Assembly: GCA_963662465.1 (NCBI GenBank)
Contig: OY759599.1
Location: forward strand, 6,400,001-6,464,000
Length of the DNA stretch: 64,000 nt
DNA from: Desulfatiglandales bacterium
GTDB lineage: Bacteria > Desulfobacterota > DSM-4660 > Desulfatiglandales > Desulfatiglandaceae
Reading direction: 5' to 3'
In this document: piece by piece, positions 10,208-20,667 of the stretch
How the letters are laid out: every line of letters begins with the position of its first letter
Position numbering within the stretch: the stretch's first letter is position 1
Notes under the pieces: generated by a model
What the model was told of the DNA's origin: nothing
The model's database searches: none
Seen by the model: the letters and a program-made list of their open reading frames with translations, nothing else
Translations under genes and position numbers: made by a program

Positions 10208-11370
10208 TGATAGACGTCACGTAATGGAATCCGGTTTTTCAAGGCGATTTCCCGGCAAACGTCATATTCCGGTATCAGTCGGGGCGATTCACCCTGAATT
10301 TCCACGCGCTTGACGCGTATATTTCCCCAGGGACTTTCTACCTCTTCAGGGTTCCGGTCAAGGACCATCCTCCGGCTGTAACGAAAACGGATGCCTAGTG
10401 TGGTGGTTTCCCGAACCATGATGTCCATCAGCAGGTCTTTTTGATCCGGCCTTCCCATCACCTGAACCTGCACCCCGGGGCGATTTTTCTTCATCTGGAT
10501 GGGTGCGAAAACCACATCCAGGGCGCCCGCATCGAACAAACGCTCCATGAGGTAGCCTAAGCATTCCGGGTGCATGTCATCCAGGTTTGTTTCAAGGAGA
10601 ACCACCGTATCCGTTTTCTTTTCATGGCCATGGCCATGGCCATGGCCAATGATAATGCGAAGCAGATTGGGGCGATCCGGCAATTCCCGCGAGCCGACGC
10701 CGTAGCCGACGGTTTGGACCACCATGGACGGCATGGGGCCAAAGGCTTCAGCCAGTCCGGTTGCCAGGGCCGCGCCGGTGGGAGTTACCATCTCCTGCCG
10801 AACGCCTGAATTCAATACCGGGACGCCCTTTAGCAACGCCAGGGTGGCCGGCGCGGGAACGGGAATCCTGCCATGGGCGGTGTTGACAAATCCCGATCCC
10901 AGGGGAAGGGCTGAAACCAGCAGACGTTTGATCTCCAGGCATTCAAGGGCGTACACCGTGCCGACAATGTCAATGATAGAATCAACGGCCCCGACTTCAT
11001 GGAAATGGACCTGCTCCGGCGGCAGGCCATGGATGTGGCCTTCGATCCGGGCCAGAGATTCAAAAATCGCCATTGATTTTTGTTTGACCGAATCGGACAA
11101 GTCTCCCTGGCCTATGATTTTACGTATGTCTTCCAGTCCTCTTTTTTTGTGCCCACCTTTTTTGTCATGATGCTCCCGCAAATGAACCTGAAACCGTGAT
11201 CCGGAGATTAGATTCCTTGATTCTCGCTTTAATCCAAGTTCATACCCATGAAAGGGCAAGGTATGCAGGCATTCTTTCAATCGATCGAAGGAGAGCCCCG
11301 CGTCCAGCAAAGCCCCCAGGAACATGTCCCCGCTCAGGCCGGAAAAGCAATCCAGATAGGCTGTTTTCAT
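10177..11370 (-). CDS. larC: Nickel pincer cofactor biosynthesis protein LarC
   Basis: DCFSGLSGDM, VHFHEVGAVDSIIDIVG, HGRIPVPAPAT, ETNLDD, MKKNRPG; His-Gly repeat encoded by (catggc)x4 at 10623-10646. Confidence 0.93.
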   Translation of the reverse strand: MKTAYLDCFSGLSGDMFLGALLDAGLSFDRLKECLHTLPFHGYELGLKRESRNLISGSRFQVHLREHHDKKGGHKKRGLEDIRKIIGQGDLSDSVKQKSMAIFESLARIEGHIHGLPPEQVHFHEVGAVDSIIDIVGTVYALECLEIKRLLVSALPLGSGFVNTAHGRIPVPAPATLALLKGVPVLNSGVRQEMVTPTGAALATGLAEAFGPMPSMVVQTVGYGVGSRELPDRPNLLRIIIGHGHGHGHEKKTDTVVLLETNLDDMHPECLGYLMERLFDAGALDVVFAPIQMKKNRPGVQVQVMGRPDQKDLLMDIMVRETTTLGIRFRYSRRMVLDRNPEEVESPWGNIRVKRVEIQGESPRLIPEYDVCREIALKNRIPLRDVYQWITALNRKG

Positions 11371-11402
11371 AAAACACTCAAAAAAAGAAGGACCAGAACC
11401 AC

Positions 11403-11432
11403 AAAAAGCCCTGCCGGCAGGGCAGGGCTTTT
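11403..11432 (-). terminator. Intrinsic terminator, possibly bidirectional
   Basis: aaaagccctgcc-ggcag-ggcagggctttt 12-bp stem just downstream of the 11452 stop. Confidence 0.75.
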
Positions 11433-11451
11433 GATCTCAAAAAACGGATGG

Positions 11452-12600
11452 CTACAGCGCCTCGGCAATGAGTTCGGAGATGTCCTTGATTTCGATCTCA
11501 TCTTCCTTGTTGACGGTTTTGCGGCTATCCTCCAGCATGGAGATGCAGTAGGGGCATGCCGTGGCCAAGATGGTGGCGCCCGTTTCAATGGCCTCGTGTA
11601 TTCTCAGGTCGGAAAAACGCCATTCAGTGGGCGTTTCCATCCAAAGGCGCCCACCGCCGGCGCCGCAGCACAGGCTCTTGCTTCGATTTCGTTTCATTTC
11701 CACCAGGTTTCCGCCCGTGGCGGCATTGATCAATGCACGGGGCTCGTCATACACCTCGCTGTGCCGGCCCAGATAGCAGGGATCATGGTAGGTGACTTTT
11801 TTATCAATGGTTCCTGACAGGGTCAACGTTCCATTTTCAATGAGTTCCGCCAGGAGTTGGGTATAATGAACCACCTCGAATTCTCCGCCGAACTCCGGAT
11901 ATTCCTGGGTATAGGTGTAATAACAATGGGGTGAAGTGGTGATAATTTTTTTGACGCCTTTGCCCTGATACAGTTTGATGTTTTTCTGCGCCATGTTCAT
12001 GAAGAGGTCTTCATCGCCGATTTTTCGAACCGATTCCGCACAGCAGCTCTCTTCTTCCCCGATGACCCCGAAACTGACGCCGGCGGCTTTGAGTGCCTTG
12101 ACCATGGCTTGGGCAATTTTCTGACTTCTGGGATCATAGGCGGAGGTGCAGCAGACAAACAGCAGATACTCCGTGTTTTCATCAAATACCGGTACATCCA
12201 GACCTTCCATCCAGGCGGTCCTTTTTTCCCTGGGCTCGGACCAGGGGTTTCCATTGCTGCGCACGCTTCCCGTGGCGGTCTTCAATACCCCGGGAATGGT
12301 GCCCGCCTCAGCCATCATGCCTCGCATGGCTTTGACCACATCGATGATGTTGACGCCCCTGGGGCATTTTAAAACGCAGGTGTTGCAAGTGGTGCATCCG
12401 TAAAGAATGTCATCCGATTCATACCCTTCAACGCCCAATTGGGCCATGCGGATCAACTTTCGAATATTAAAAGGACCGTCAACAATACGCCAGGGGCACG
12501 ATCCCGCGCACATGCCGCACTGCATGCAAAGGTTCAGGTTTTCCGCGCCCATGGCGACGAGGGCCTCGTTAACTTCATAAAATGGGGTTAGCGCTTCCAT
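11452..12600 (-). CDS. HdrD/GlpC-like Fe-S oxidoreductase (ferredoxin + two CCG domains)
   Basis: CMQCGMCAGSCP, CTTCNTCVLKCP, ESCC, TYHDPCYLGR, CCGAGGG, TACPYC. Confidence 0.9.
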   Translation of the reverse strand: MEALTPFYEVNEALVAMGAENLNLCMQCGMCAGSCPWRIVDGPFNIRKLIRMAQLGVEGYESDDILYGCTTCNTCVLKCPRGVNIIDVVKAMRGMMAEAGTIPGVLKTATGSVRSNGNPWSEPREKRTAWMEGLDVPVFDENTEYLLFVCCTSAYDPRSQKIAQAMVKALKAAGVSFGVIGEEESCCAESVRKIGDEDLFMNMAQKNIKLYQGKGVKKIITTSPHCYYTYTQEYPEFGGEFEVVHYTQLLAELIENGTLTLSGTIDKKVTYHDPCYLGRHSEVYDEPRALINAATGGNLVEMKRNRSKSLCCGAGGGRLWMETPTEWRFSDLRIHEAIETGATILATACPYCISMLEDSRKTVNKEDEIEIKDISELIAEAL

Positions 12601-12730
12601 TATAAGGTACTCCTTTCACCAAGAAATTATAGCATTCAACTCTTCAAGAAAGAATGGGATCAAAACAATCGGATTTTTTTAGCAAATGCAAGTATTGATG
12701 TCAACAGGGGAATGACTTCCATTGTAAATG

Positions 12731-12780
12731 TTTATGGTTTACGGTTGTTGGTTCGCGGTTGAAAAAACGGTGAACCTTGA
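12731..12780. repeat. Degenerate 7-nt repeat arm with partial opposite arm
   Basis: tttatgg tttacgg ttgttgg ttcgcgg ttg followed by aacggtg aaccttg in the divergent gap before clpB. Confidence 0.5.
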
Positions 12781-12929
12781 CATGTCTCTTTATGAAGCTT
12801 AACGTAGTGAATGTTTACGCAAATTGTTTTAAAATCCCCTTAAAAAGGATTGTTGAAACGATTTATATGAATTATAAATAACATTGTAAAGAAAAATTAC
12901 CCTTTTCAAAATCTTTCCAAGGGAGGAAT

Positions 12930-15518
12930 TTGATGATGAGATTTGATAAATTTACGTTGAAAGCACAGGAAACCATCCAAAATGCGCAGCAGTTGGCTGA
13001 GCGATTCGGGCATCAGCAGATGGAACCCGAACATATTGTCAGGGCCATTCTGGACCAGAAGGAAGGGGTTATTCCCCCCTTGCTGGGAAAAATCGGCGCG
13101 GATCGGAATCAATTGGCAAGCGCTTTTGAGGCGGCACTCGAAAAACTGCCCAAGGTATCGGGTGGCGGCTATGGTCAGGCTTACCTTTCTCAACGGGCCA
13201 AGGCCATGCTGGACCGTGCGTTTGCGGAAGCGGAGCAGGTCAAGGATAAGTTCGTGAGCCTTGAGCATATTCTGCTGGCGGCTTTGGAGGAAAAACAGGG
13301 TGAGGCAGCCCGTCTGCTGGCGGCCGCGGGGGTAACCCGCGATGCTGTTTTGAAGGCGCTGGTGGACATTCGAGGCGGGCAAAGCATTACGGATCAGAAC
13401 CCTGAAGATAAATATCAGGCTCTTGAACGGTTCTGCACGGACCTGACGGATATTGCTTCAAAGGGAAAGCTGGACCCGGTCATCGGCAGGGATGATGAAA
13501 TTCGAAGGATTATACAGGTCTTGAGCCGAAGGACCAAGAACAATCCCGTGCTGATCGGAGAACCCGGAGTGGGAAAGACCGCCATCGTGGAAGGGCTTGC
13601 CCAGCGCATCATTCAGGGTGATGTCCCTGAAACCCTGAAGGACAAAAGGGTGGTGGCCCTGGATATGGGCGCCCTCATCGCCGGGGCCAAGTATCGGGGG
13701 GAATTCGAGGACCGCCTCAAAGCCGTCCTCAAGGAAGTGACCGATGCCGAGGGACAGATTGTTCTTTTCATCGACGAAATGCACACCCTGGTGGGTGCGG
13801 GCGCCGCCGAAGGGGCCGTGGATGCCTCCAACATGTTGAAACCGGCCTTGGCCCGGGGGGAACTGAGATGCGTGGGCGCCACCACCATCAAGGAATACCG
13901 GAAATATATTGAAAAGGATGCGGCATTTGAACGGCGGTTCCAGCCGATTATGGTCGAAGAACCCACCGTGGAAGATACCATCAGCATCCTTCGGGGGTTG
14001 AAAGAAAAATATGAAGTCCATCACGGGGTTCGGATCAAGGATTCCGCTTTGGTTGCGGCGGCAACCCTTAGCAATCGGTATATTACGGACCGTTTTCTTC
14101 CGGATAAGGCCATTGATTTGATTGATGAGGCCACCAGTCGGCTGCGCATTGAAATTGACAGCATGCCTGCCGAGATCGATAACATTTCGCGAAAAATTAC
14201 GCAGCTCGAAATTGAAAAGGAGGCGCTGAAAAAAGAGCGGGACCAGGCTTCCAAGGATCGGTTGAGCAAGATAAAGGATGAGCTGAAAGATTTGAAATCC
14301 CAGACCGGGGAGATGACAAAGCACTGGAAAAAAGAGAAAGAAGCCATCCACAAAATCCGGAGCATCAAGGAGCAGATGGAAAAAACAAGGTCCGAGGCCC
14401 AGATTGCGGAACGGGAAGGGGACCTCGCCCGGGCAGCCCAATTGAAATATGGAAGTCTCACGGAGCTGGAGAAGACCCTGGAAGAAGAGAATAAAAATTT
14501 TGAGGTGCTTCAGAGCGGGCAAAAAATGCTTAAGGAAGAAGTGGACAGTGAAGATATTGCCGAGGTAGTGGCGAAATGGACCGGAATCCCCATATCGCGA
14601 ATGATGGAGGGAGAAAAGGAAAAACTGCTGAAGATGGAGGAAAGGCTTTCAAGGCGGGTCGTTGGTCAGCAAAAAGCCATCGATGCCGTGGCCAATGCGG
14701 TGCGTCGTGCCCGTTCCGGGCTTCAGGACCCCAATCGACCCATTGGATCCTTCATTTTTCTGGGACCCACCGGTGTGGGCAAAACGGAACTGGCGCGAAC
14801 CCTGGCGCAGTTTCTCTTTGACGACGAACAGTACATGGTTCGCGTGGATATGAGCGAATACATGGAAAAGCACTCGGTGGCGAGATTGATCGGAGCGCCT
14901 CCAGGTTATGTGGGGTATGAAGAGGGGGGGTATCTGACTGAGGCCATTCGAAGGCATCCCTACTCAGTGGTCCTGTTTGATGAAATCGAAAAGGCCCATC
15001 CGGATGTGTTTAACGCCCTGCTTCAGATCTTAGACGATGGGCGTATGACTGACGGCAAGGGCCGGACCGTGGACTTCAAAAACACCGTGCTGATTATGAC
15101 TTCCAACGTAGGCAGTCAGATCATTCAGGAGATGCAGGGAAAAAGCGGCCAGGATATGGAAAAGGCGGTTCTGGAAGTCCTGCGGGCCACTTTCAAGCCG
15201 GAGTTTTTAAACCGCATCGATGAAATCGTTACCTTTAATGCGCTGGGGCAAGCGGAGATCCGGAAAATCGTGGGGATCCAGATCGGTTTTCTGGATAAAC
15301 GCCTTGAAGGCAACAAAATTAAGCTGACGTTGACGGATGCGGCCGAAGCATTCCTGGCCGAAACCGGTTTTGACCCTGTTTACGGCGCAAGGCCATTGAA
15401 GCGGGCCATTCAACATTATATCCAGGATCCGCTGGCCATGAAAATTCTCGAAGGGTCGGTAAAAGAAGGGGATCATATCGCCGTGGATATGAAGGACGGA
15501 AAGATCGTTTTTGAGTAA
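12930..15518 (+). CDS. clpB: ATP-dependent chaperone ClpB
   Basis: Two AAA modules ([16 protein letters not shown]), coiled-coil middle domain, GAPPGYVGY. Confidence 0.98.
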   Translation: MMMRFDKFTLKAQETIQNAQQLAERFGHQQMEPEHIVRAILDQKEGVIPPLLGKIGADRNQLASAFEAALEKLPKVSGGGYGQAYLSQRAKAMLDRAFAEAEQVKDKFVSLEHILLAALEEKQGEAARLLAAAGVTRDAVLKALVDIRGGQSITDQNPEDKYQALERFCTDLTDIASKGKLDPVIGRDDEIRRIIQVLSRRTKNNPVLIGEPGVGKTAIVEGLAQRIIQGDVPETLKDKRVVALDMGALIAGAKYRGEFEDRLKAVLKEVTDAEGQIVLFIDEMHTLVGAGAAEGAVDASNMLKPALARGELRCVGATTIKEYRKYIEKDAAFERRFQPIMVEEPTVEDTISILRGLKEKYEVHHGVRIKDSALVAAATLSNRYITDRFLPDKAIDLIDEATSRLRIEIDSMPAEIDNISRKITQLEIEKEALKKERDQASKDRLSKIKDELKDLKSQTGEMTKHWKKEKEAIHKIRSIKEQMEKTRSEAQIAEREGDLARAAQLKYGSLTELEKTLEEENKNFEVLQSGQKMLKEEVDSEDIAEVVAKWTGIPISRMMEGEKEKLLKMEERLSRRVVGQQKAIDAVANAVRRARSGLQDPNRPIGSFIFLGPTGVGKTELARTLAQFLFDDEQYMVRVDMSEYMEKHSVARLIGAPPGYVGYEEGGYLTEAIRRHPYSVVLFDEIEKAHPDVFNALLQILDDGRMTDGKGRTVDFKNTVLIMTSNVGSQIIQEMQGKSGQDMEKAVLEVLRATFKPEFLNRIDEIVTFNALGQAEIRKIVGIQIGFLDKRLEGNKIKLTLTDAAEAFLAETGFDPVYGARPLKRAIQHYIQDPLAMKILEGSVKEGDHIAVDMKDGKIVFE

Positions 15519-15536
15519 AGTCATAGGACTTAAGCC

Positions 15537-16931
15537 ATGAAATTTCTGGGAATGCGACAAACAAGCTGGAACCGTGGACTTTTGTTCATGGGGGATATCG
15601 CCTTTGTATTGATTGCCACCCAGCTTTCCGCATGGATCAGGTTCGATTCCGCCGATCCGTCCTATCACGTCTTTTCGGCCCATACCGGCGGCGCCACCTT
15701 TACCCTCCTGCTCTACTTGATGGCATTCTATGTGTTTGATCTTTATGATGTTTACCGTCCTGTTCTGTCCCGGGAAACGGCCATGCGAACCACTGCCGCG
15801 GTGAGCATGGCCGGGGTTTTCTTGGCCTTTTTGTTTTATTCATTACCCCATTGGGAATTTGGACGCGGTATTTTTCTCCTGCAGATGGCCTTCGTGTGGT
15901 GTTTTGCCTTTCTATGGCGAAACCTTCTTTCTCGTCTTTATCCATCTACTTCCGGGAAACAGAAGGTTTTGATTTTGGGGGCAGGGGACAGCGGCGTGGC
16001 CTTGCTTCGATTGCTGCGGATGTCCCATTCACCCTATGAGGCCGTGGGTTTTCTGGATGACGATCCTCAAAAAAAGGGCCGGGAGGTTGAGATGCTGCCG
16101 GTTTTGGGAAATACCTTGCAGTTAAAAGAAATCGGAAAAGAAACGGGGGCAACCACTGCATTCCTGGCCATTACCAAAGAAAGGTCCCATGCACTGATTA
16201 AATCCATTTTAACTGCAAGGCTGGATGGTATGACCATCAAAGACTTGCCGGCGGTTTTTGAAGATGTCACCGGAATTGTACCGGTAGAACATATCAGAGA
16301 CGATTGGCTGGTCTTTACGGAAGGTTTCAACCTTATTACAAAACCATACGTTCAAAAAATCAAACGGGTGATAGATTTCGGGATTTCGGGGATGCTGCTT
16401 CTGTTGTCCCTGCCGGTTATTCTGGCTACGATTCTGGCTATTCGGATGGATTCCTCGGGCCCCATTTTTTTCAGCCAGCAACGGGTTGGTAAGGGCGGAA
16501 AACCCTTTACGGCCTGGAAATTCCGTTCCATGAGTCAGGATGCGGAGCGTGACGGCGCCAAATGGGCCTCTAAGGAAGATCCCAGGACAACCCGGGTTGG
16601 TCGTATTATTCGCATTTTCCGCATCGATGAATTGCCCCAGATCTATAACGTATTCCGGGGCGATATGAGTCTCATCGGCCCCAGACCGGAACGCCCTGAA
16701 TTTGTACGGCAACTGGAGGCTGAGATCCCCTATTACGGCATTCGCCATGCCGTCTCTCCCGGCATTACCGGGTGGGCCCAAGTCAACTATCACTATGGCG
16801 CATCCGTCGAGGACTCATTGCGAAAGCTGGAATACGATATCTTTTACATTAAAAACATGAGCCTGCTCCTTGATGCCAAGATTGCGCTTAAAACCATGGG
16901 GGTTGTGGTATTCGGTGAAGGGGCGCGATAA
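15537..16931 (+). CDS. Priming polyprenyl-phosphate sugar transferase (PEP-CTERM/EPS type)
   Basis: N-terminal TM helices, GFLDDDP CoA-binding-like domain, KFRSM, RIDELPQ, GPRPERP, PGITGWAQV. Confidence 0.92.
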   Translation: MKFLGMRQTSWNRGLLFMGDIAFVLIATQLSAWIRFDSADPSYHVFSAHTGGATFTLLLYLMAFYVFDLYDVYRPVLSRETAMRTTAAVSMAGVFLAFLFYSLPHWEFGRGIFLLQMAFVWCFAFLWRNLLSRLYPSTSGKQKVLILGAGDSGVALLRLLRMSHSPYEAVGFLDDDPQKKGREVEMLPVLGNTLQLKEIGKETGATTAFLAITKERSHALIKSILTARLDGMTIKDLPAVFEDVTGIVPVEHIRDDWLVFTEGFNLITKPYVQKIKRVIDFGISGMLLLLSLPVILATILAIRMDSSGPIFFSQQRVGKGGKPFTAWKFRSMSQDAERDGAKWASKEDPRTTRVGRIIRIFRIDELPQIYNVFRGDMSLIGPRPERPEFVRQLEAEIPYYGIRHAVSPGITGWAQVNYHYGASVEDSLRKLEYDIFYIKNMSLLLDAKIALKTMGVVVFGEGAR

Positions 16932-17009
16932 GGAGGGTGCCAAAAAAAAATGGCAGCGTGGGTTACCGCTGCCATCCGTACCATATTCACTAAAACGCCG
17001 GGAAGGGGA

Positions 17010-17447
17010 TCAATTCCGGGTTTGTGCCGCCACAACAAGTTCGAGGGCCTTTTCCTTGATTTCTTGTGCATCCACTCTTTTTTCAATTTCATGGGTGTCA
17101 AACATTCCCTCGAAAGCTTCAAGAGATGCCCGGTCCAGGGCAGCCTCGTAAGCATCTTCCAGCATTTCCATCAGCTCTACCGCTGATAAGTAGTACCCCC
17201 CGGATTTTCTGCGTTTATTGCTGCGCACGATGGCCCTGACGGCATTGCGTATGGAGACTTCCCAGGATCGAGTGGATCGGTTTTCAGCATTGATTTTGAT
17301 CAGGTGAAGGAGCAGGATTTCAAAGAAACTTTCGATTTTGTTGATCTTATCATCCCGGCTCATTTCCTCCATCTCCCCAATCAGGGTTAATGCTTCGGCG
17401 TATCTGCCCTGTTCCACATGGCTTTTTAATTCAAACAGCTCTTCCAT
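17010..17447 (-). CDS. DUF29 family protein (copy 1)
   Basis: EEMSRDDKINKIESF..LLLHLIK...E.RSTRSW..SI pattern. Confidence 0.8.
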   Translation of the reverse strand: MEELFELKSHVEQGRYAEALTLIGEMEEMSRDDKINKIESFFEILLLHLIKINAENRSTRSWEVSIRNAVRAIVRSNKRRKSGGYYLSAVELMEMLEDAYEAALDRASLEAFEGMFDTHEIEKRVDAQEIKEKALELVVAAQTRN

Positions 17448-17470
17448 TCATGCCTCCCGGAAGTTTTTAA

Positions 17471-18133
17471 CTATAATCCCTCGGCTTTCATGAGTTTGAA
17501 CACCGATTTCCACATGATTCCCAGGTCGTATTTCAGAAGCCTTATGGGGCCGTATGACTGACATCGTTTTAAGTATTCCTCACTCAGGGGCATCAGGTTC
17601 TTGACTTTACCTTTGGATATCTGGGCCGGTCCGGTGATACCCCCTTTGAGATACTTCAGGGCAATATATCCTTCCGACAGGTCTTCATCATAGATGGGGG
17701 GAACATGGGGTCGGGGTCCTACAAAACTCATTTGTCCCAGATAAATGTTCAAAAGCTGTGGCATTTCATCCAGATAACACTGGATCAGGATTTTTCCCAT
17801 AATCGTTGTGTTCTTTTGATCAAACTGAATAAACCATACGGAGTCCTCCGTTACCGCCTTTTGAAGTGCTGAAGTCGTGAGGGTTCTGAATTTGAACAGA
17901 GTGAAGGGTTGTCCCCTGGATACTCTTTTTTCGCGATAGAAAACCGGTCCCCTGGCATTCGTGAAAAACAACCCTTCGATCCACATGCAGCAACCAATGA
18001 AAAAAAACAGCGGGCTTGCCAGCATTAACAATAACCAGGAAATGCACCTATCGACGGTAAATTTCAGATAGAGATTCCTGATAAATCCATTTTCAGCACT
18101 ATATGTTGAAATATTATAAGCGTTATTAGCCAT
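17471..18133 (-). CDS. Short bacterial sugar transferase
   Basis: GPVFYRE.RV, FKFRT, YLDEMPQL, MSFVGPRP, GITGPAQ. Confidence 0.88.
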   Translation of the reverse strand: MANNAYNISTYSAENGFIRNLYLKFTVDRCISWLLLMLASPLFFFIGCCMWIEGLFFTNARGPVFYREKRVSRGQPFTLFKFRTLTTSALQKAVTEDSVWFIQFDQKNTTIMGKILIQCYLDEMPQLLNIYLGQMSFVGPRPHVPPIYDEDLSEGYIALKYLKGGITGPAQISKGKVKNLMPLSEEYLKRCQSYGPIRLLKYDLGIMWKSVFKLMKAEGL

Positions 18134-18139
18134 TTATCA

Positions 18140-18244
18140 TTATCCTTTGGGTCTTGGTCTTCGCCCACTATCTGTCAGGCTGGAAAGCCGGTTATGGGTT
18201 TGATTGATCCACCATATCCAAATGTGTGTATCCAGAAGAAGCAT
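18140..18244 (-). pseudogene. Truncated VapC/PIN toxin (34 aa stub)
   Basis: ATG overlaps upstream stop (TGATG); reads MLLLDTHIWIWWINQTHNRLS.. then stops; absent from ORF track. Confidence 0.75.
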
Positions 18245-18468
18245 CACGAAATACCCCAATCATCTTTCGTCGCGGAAGAAAAGATGTCACCTTTTTCAAT
18301 GATCATTCCTTTAAGTTGTTCAGGAGGGCTCCTTTTCCGTAACGGAGGAAGATTTTCCTGGTCCGGAAAAAGCAAGATCAATTCAACACGCTGCTTAGGT
18401 TGTAAAGTAGGCATATCCACAAGCCTACCGGATTCATCCGTAGAGGTAGTAATCCTTTGTGCATGCAT
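18244..18468 (-). CDS. Probable antitoxin of the VapC stub
   Basis: 74 aa, GGAGG SD, C-terminal GDIFS...DW pattern, coupled to a PIN start. Confidence 0.65.
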   Translation of the reverse strand: MHAQRITTSTDESGRLVDMPTLQPKQRVELILLFPDQENLPPLRKRSPPEQLKGMIIEKGDIFSSATKDDWGIS

Positions 18469-18584
18469 AATTTAGCCTCCAAGAATTAGAAACTATATTG
18501 TAGAAAAATTAAAAGAAATTGACAGAATTTATAAGCTGTTCCTCTAAACCGGTCAATATGGATTCAATGACGTAAGGAAAAACC

Positions 18585-19691
18585 CTAAAGTTCATCGCAA
18601 AATGCTTTCAGGCCCAAAGCGACAATCGGGCCTTGAGGTTGGTATTCGCCCGTTACCGGATTGTAAGAAAAGAGGTTGTTTCGAACCAGGATTCCCAGTT
18701 CTTCCTTTAGTTTGGCACGATCAAATTTCCCCATGAGGTCTTTTTCATGAAAAAGCCCTGCATTTCGAAGGATTTCATGAATGGAAACAAAAAGGTCATA
18801 GTCGTAAGATTTTCCGAGATAGTCCTGAAACCGGTTCTTCCAGGCCGCAACTTCTTTTTGTGCTTCATTTTCCAGGAAAATATCCTCTATTCGGTTGCCC
18901 ACGGCACCAGCCATAAGTGTCGATAAAAAGCTGCTAACCTCCCAGACACTGCCGCCAAAATAGTGCCAGATCCTCTCAATTTGGGAGTCTGAGAGAACAA
19001 GATCCGTTATCCCGGACTCACGATACAAATTATTCAGCCAATAGAGCATATCGTCCTTCTTAAGATAGGCTATTTCGTAGAATTTGCTTGTTTTCGTTAG
19101 CTTACTGTCAGAATAAATACGTTCGATAAAATAACCATCAGAACTGGCAATGATTACATGGCATAAATGTGATTCTTTTGTTATGGCAACAAAAAAATTG
19201 AATAACTCTCTTATTAATTCCCTCTGACCATTCATGTATATCCCTTCGAGGGCTTGTAATTCATCAATCACGATTAAGGGCCTGATGTTTTTTGATGCCA
19301 GTTTTATAAGTTCTCTCTTCATAATGACAAAAGGATCCAGCTCTTTTTGTTTAAGGCCTTTTTGTACCTCCGTTGTTAGTTTGAAAACTTTCAGGTTATA
19401 CTCTCGCTTTTCTTTTATATCTTCTTTGCCCTTCGAATAGTCAATTTCAAAGAAAGTTTGGATAAAATCCTTATAGTTACAAATCAGAATTTCGCGGAGA
19501 TTGAAATGTTTTACGTCCCAATTTCCAGGGCTCAGGCTATTTTTTATAAACCGGTTAAGGAGGGTGGTTTTTCCACTGGATTTAGGACCGAAAAGAAAAA
19601 GAATGTTCTCGGGTTGTTCCTTAATCCATCGATTCAGGAATTTGAGTTCATCCTCGCGGTTAATAAATGCAGCTTTTTTCGTCCATTCCAT
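18585..19691 (-). CDS. Archaeal-type P-loop ATPase (ATPase_2-like)
   Basis: FINREDEL, GPKSSGKTT Walker A, IVIDELQ Walker B, TKESHLCHVIIASSD. Confidence 0.85.
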   Translation of the reverse strand: MEWTKKAAFINREDELKFLNRWIKEQPENILFLFGPKSSGKTTLLNRFIKNSLSPGNWDVKHFNLREILICNYKDFIQTFFEIDYSKGKEDIKEKREYNLKVFKLTTEVQKGLKQKELDPFVIMKRELIKLASKNIRPLIVIDELQALEGIYMNGQRELIRELFNFFVAITKESHLCHVIIASSDGYFIERIYSDSKLTKTSKFYEIAYLKKDDMLYWLNNLYRESGITDLVLSDSQIERIWHYFGGSVWEVSSFLSTLMAGAVGNRIEDIFLENEAQKEVAAWKNRFQDYLGKSYDYDLFVSIHEILRNAGLFHEKDLMGKFDRAKLKEELGILVRNNLFSYNPVTGEYQPQGPIVALGLKAFCDEL

Positions 19692-19748
19692 ATTCTATTC
19701 GTATTGTGTTAATTTTTTTGACAGGATTTATAAAAATGACAGAAGGGT

Positions 19749-20195
19749 CTATTCATAAGGGAGGATCTCTTCATCCTTTACCGCCATTTTCAATGCTTGC
19801 TGAATGATTCGATCTTTTTGAATTTTCGCTGCAAGTTCCGATTCACTGATCATTCCTTCAAATACTTCGAAGGCGGCATTTTTTAGTGCCCTGTCATATG
19901 CATCCCGACATGCCTGCTCCAATTCTGTTTCGTTCAGATAATATCCTCCTGATTTTCTTCTTTTATTCGTCAATCGTATTCCTTCAACAGCGTTATAGAT
20001 CGATTGATTCCAGGACCGCGTTGTGCGGTTTTCGGCCTGTTGTTTGATTAGGTGCATCTGAAGGATTAGAAAATAGCGCAGTATTCTATTGATCTTATCG
20101 TCTTTGCTCATCTCCTCCATCTCTCCAATCAAATTCAAGGCATCGTCATAATGCCCCTGCTCGATATACGTTCGCAGTTCATGCAGCTCTTCCAT
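19749..20195 (-). CDS. DUF29 family protein (copy 2)
   Basis: Paralogue of 17010-17447, sharing LIGEMEEMS.DDKIN and NKRRKSGGYYL. Confidence 0.8.
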   Translation of the reverse strand: MEELHELRTYIEQGHYDDALNLIGEMEEMSKDDKINRILRYFLILQMHLIKQQAENRTTRSWNQSIYNAVEGIRLTNKRRKSGGYYLNETELEQACRDAYDRALKNAAFEVFEGMISESELAAKIQKDRIIQQALKMAVKDEEILPYE

Positions 20196-20254
20196 TTAAG
20201 TACTCCTGTAACCTTTTTGATCCGCGGCCTTCGCGGATTTCCGGTGGGCCTTGG

Positions 20255-20518
20255 TCATCGTTTCGGCCAACGTCGATATTGCTTGTAGGGGCAGACCTGT
20301 GTGTCTGCCCAGGTAAAGGGCGAACACACAGGTTCGCCCCTACATTTGGTGGCCGAAAGGATGATCAAGGCCATCATTTGCAACGTCCGTTCTACGATCC
20401 TCTGCGTCTTCCAGTCGTCTGCATAGGCTTGCACGGTTATAGACGCATATTCCCCGATCTGTTTCAGGTATTCGTCCAACGTGGACAGTTTTCTGAGTAT
20501 GAGGGTCTTATCAACCAT
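20255..20518 (-). pseudogene. Truncated HEPN/DUF86 (HepT-like) toxin
   Basis: First ~50 codons (MVDKTLILRKL...VERTLQMM) are DUF86-like, then the frame runs into REP sequence; no R-x4-6-H motif. Confidence 0.8.
20284..20344. repeat. GTAG-type REP doublet (REPIN-like)
   Basis: tgtaggggcagacctgtgtgtctgccc ... gggcgaacacacaggttcgcccctaca; each half is itself a hairpin. Confidence 0.85.
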
Positions 20519-20525
20519 CTAAGTA

Positions 20526-20667
20526 GTGCCTTAAAGAAAACTCAAAAATATAGTTTTCCAATTTTGATTGGAGATTTACAAATAACTGAGCTTGTTCCTT
20601 GTTTTTAACTTAAAACTTAAAACCTAAAACTTAAAACCGTGTCTGAACGGCGTTTTCGTTCAGACAC
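20526..20667. mobile_element. 142-bp MITE-like insertion with 6-bp target duplication
   Basis: TAAGTA at 20520-20525 and 20668-20673; imperfect TIRs gtgccttaaagaaaactc / gcgttttcgttcagacac; removal restores mnt-hepn overlap. Confidence 0.8.

Noticed and set aside
10623..10646. (catggc)x4 as a contingency repeat
   Set aside because: In-frame His-Gly repeat, consistent with the His-rich linkers of LarC
12620..12900. CIRCE element upstream of clpB
   Set aside because: Only a half-site-like tagcattc; no matching second half at 9-nt spacing
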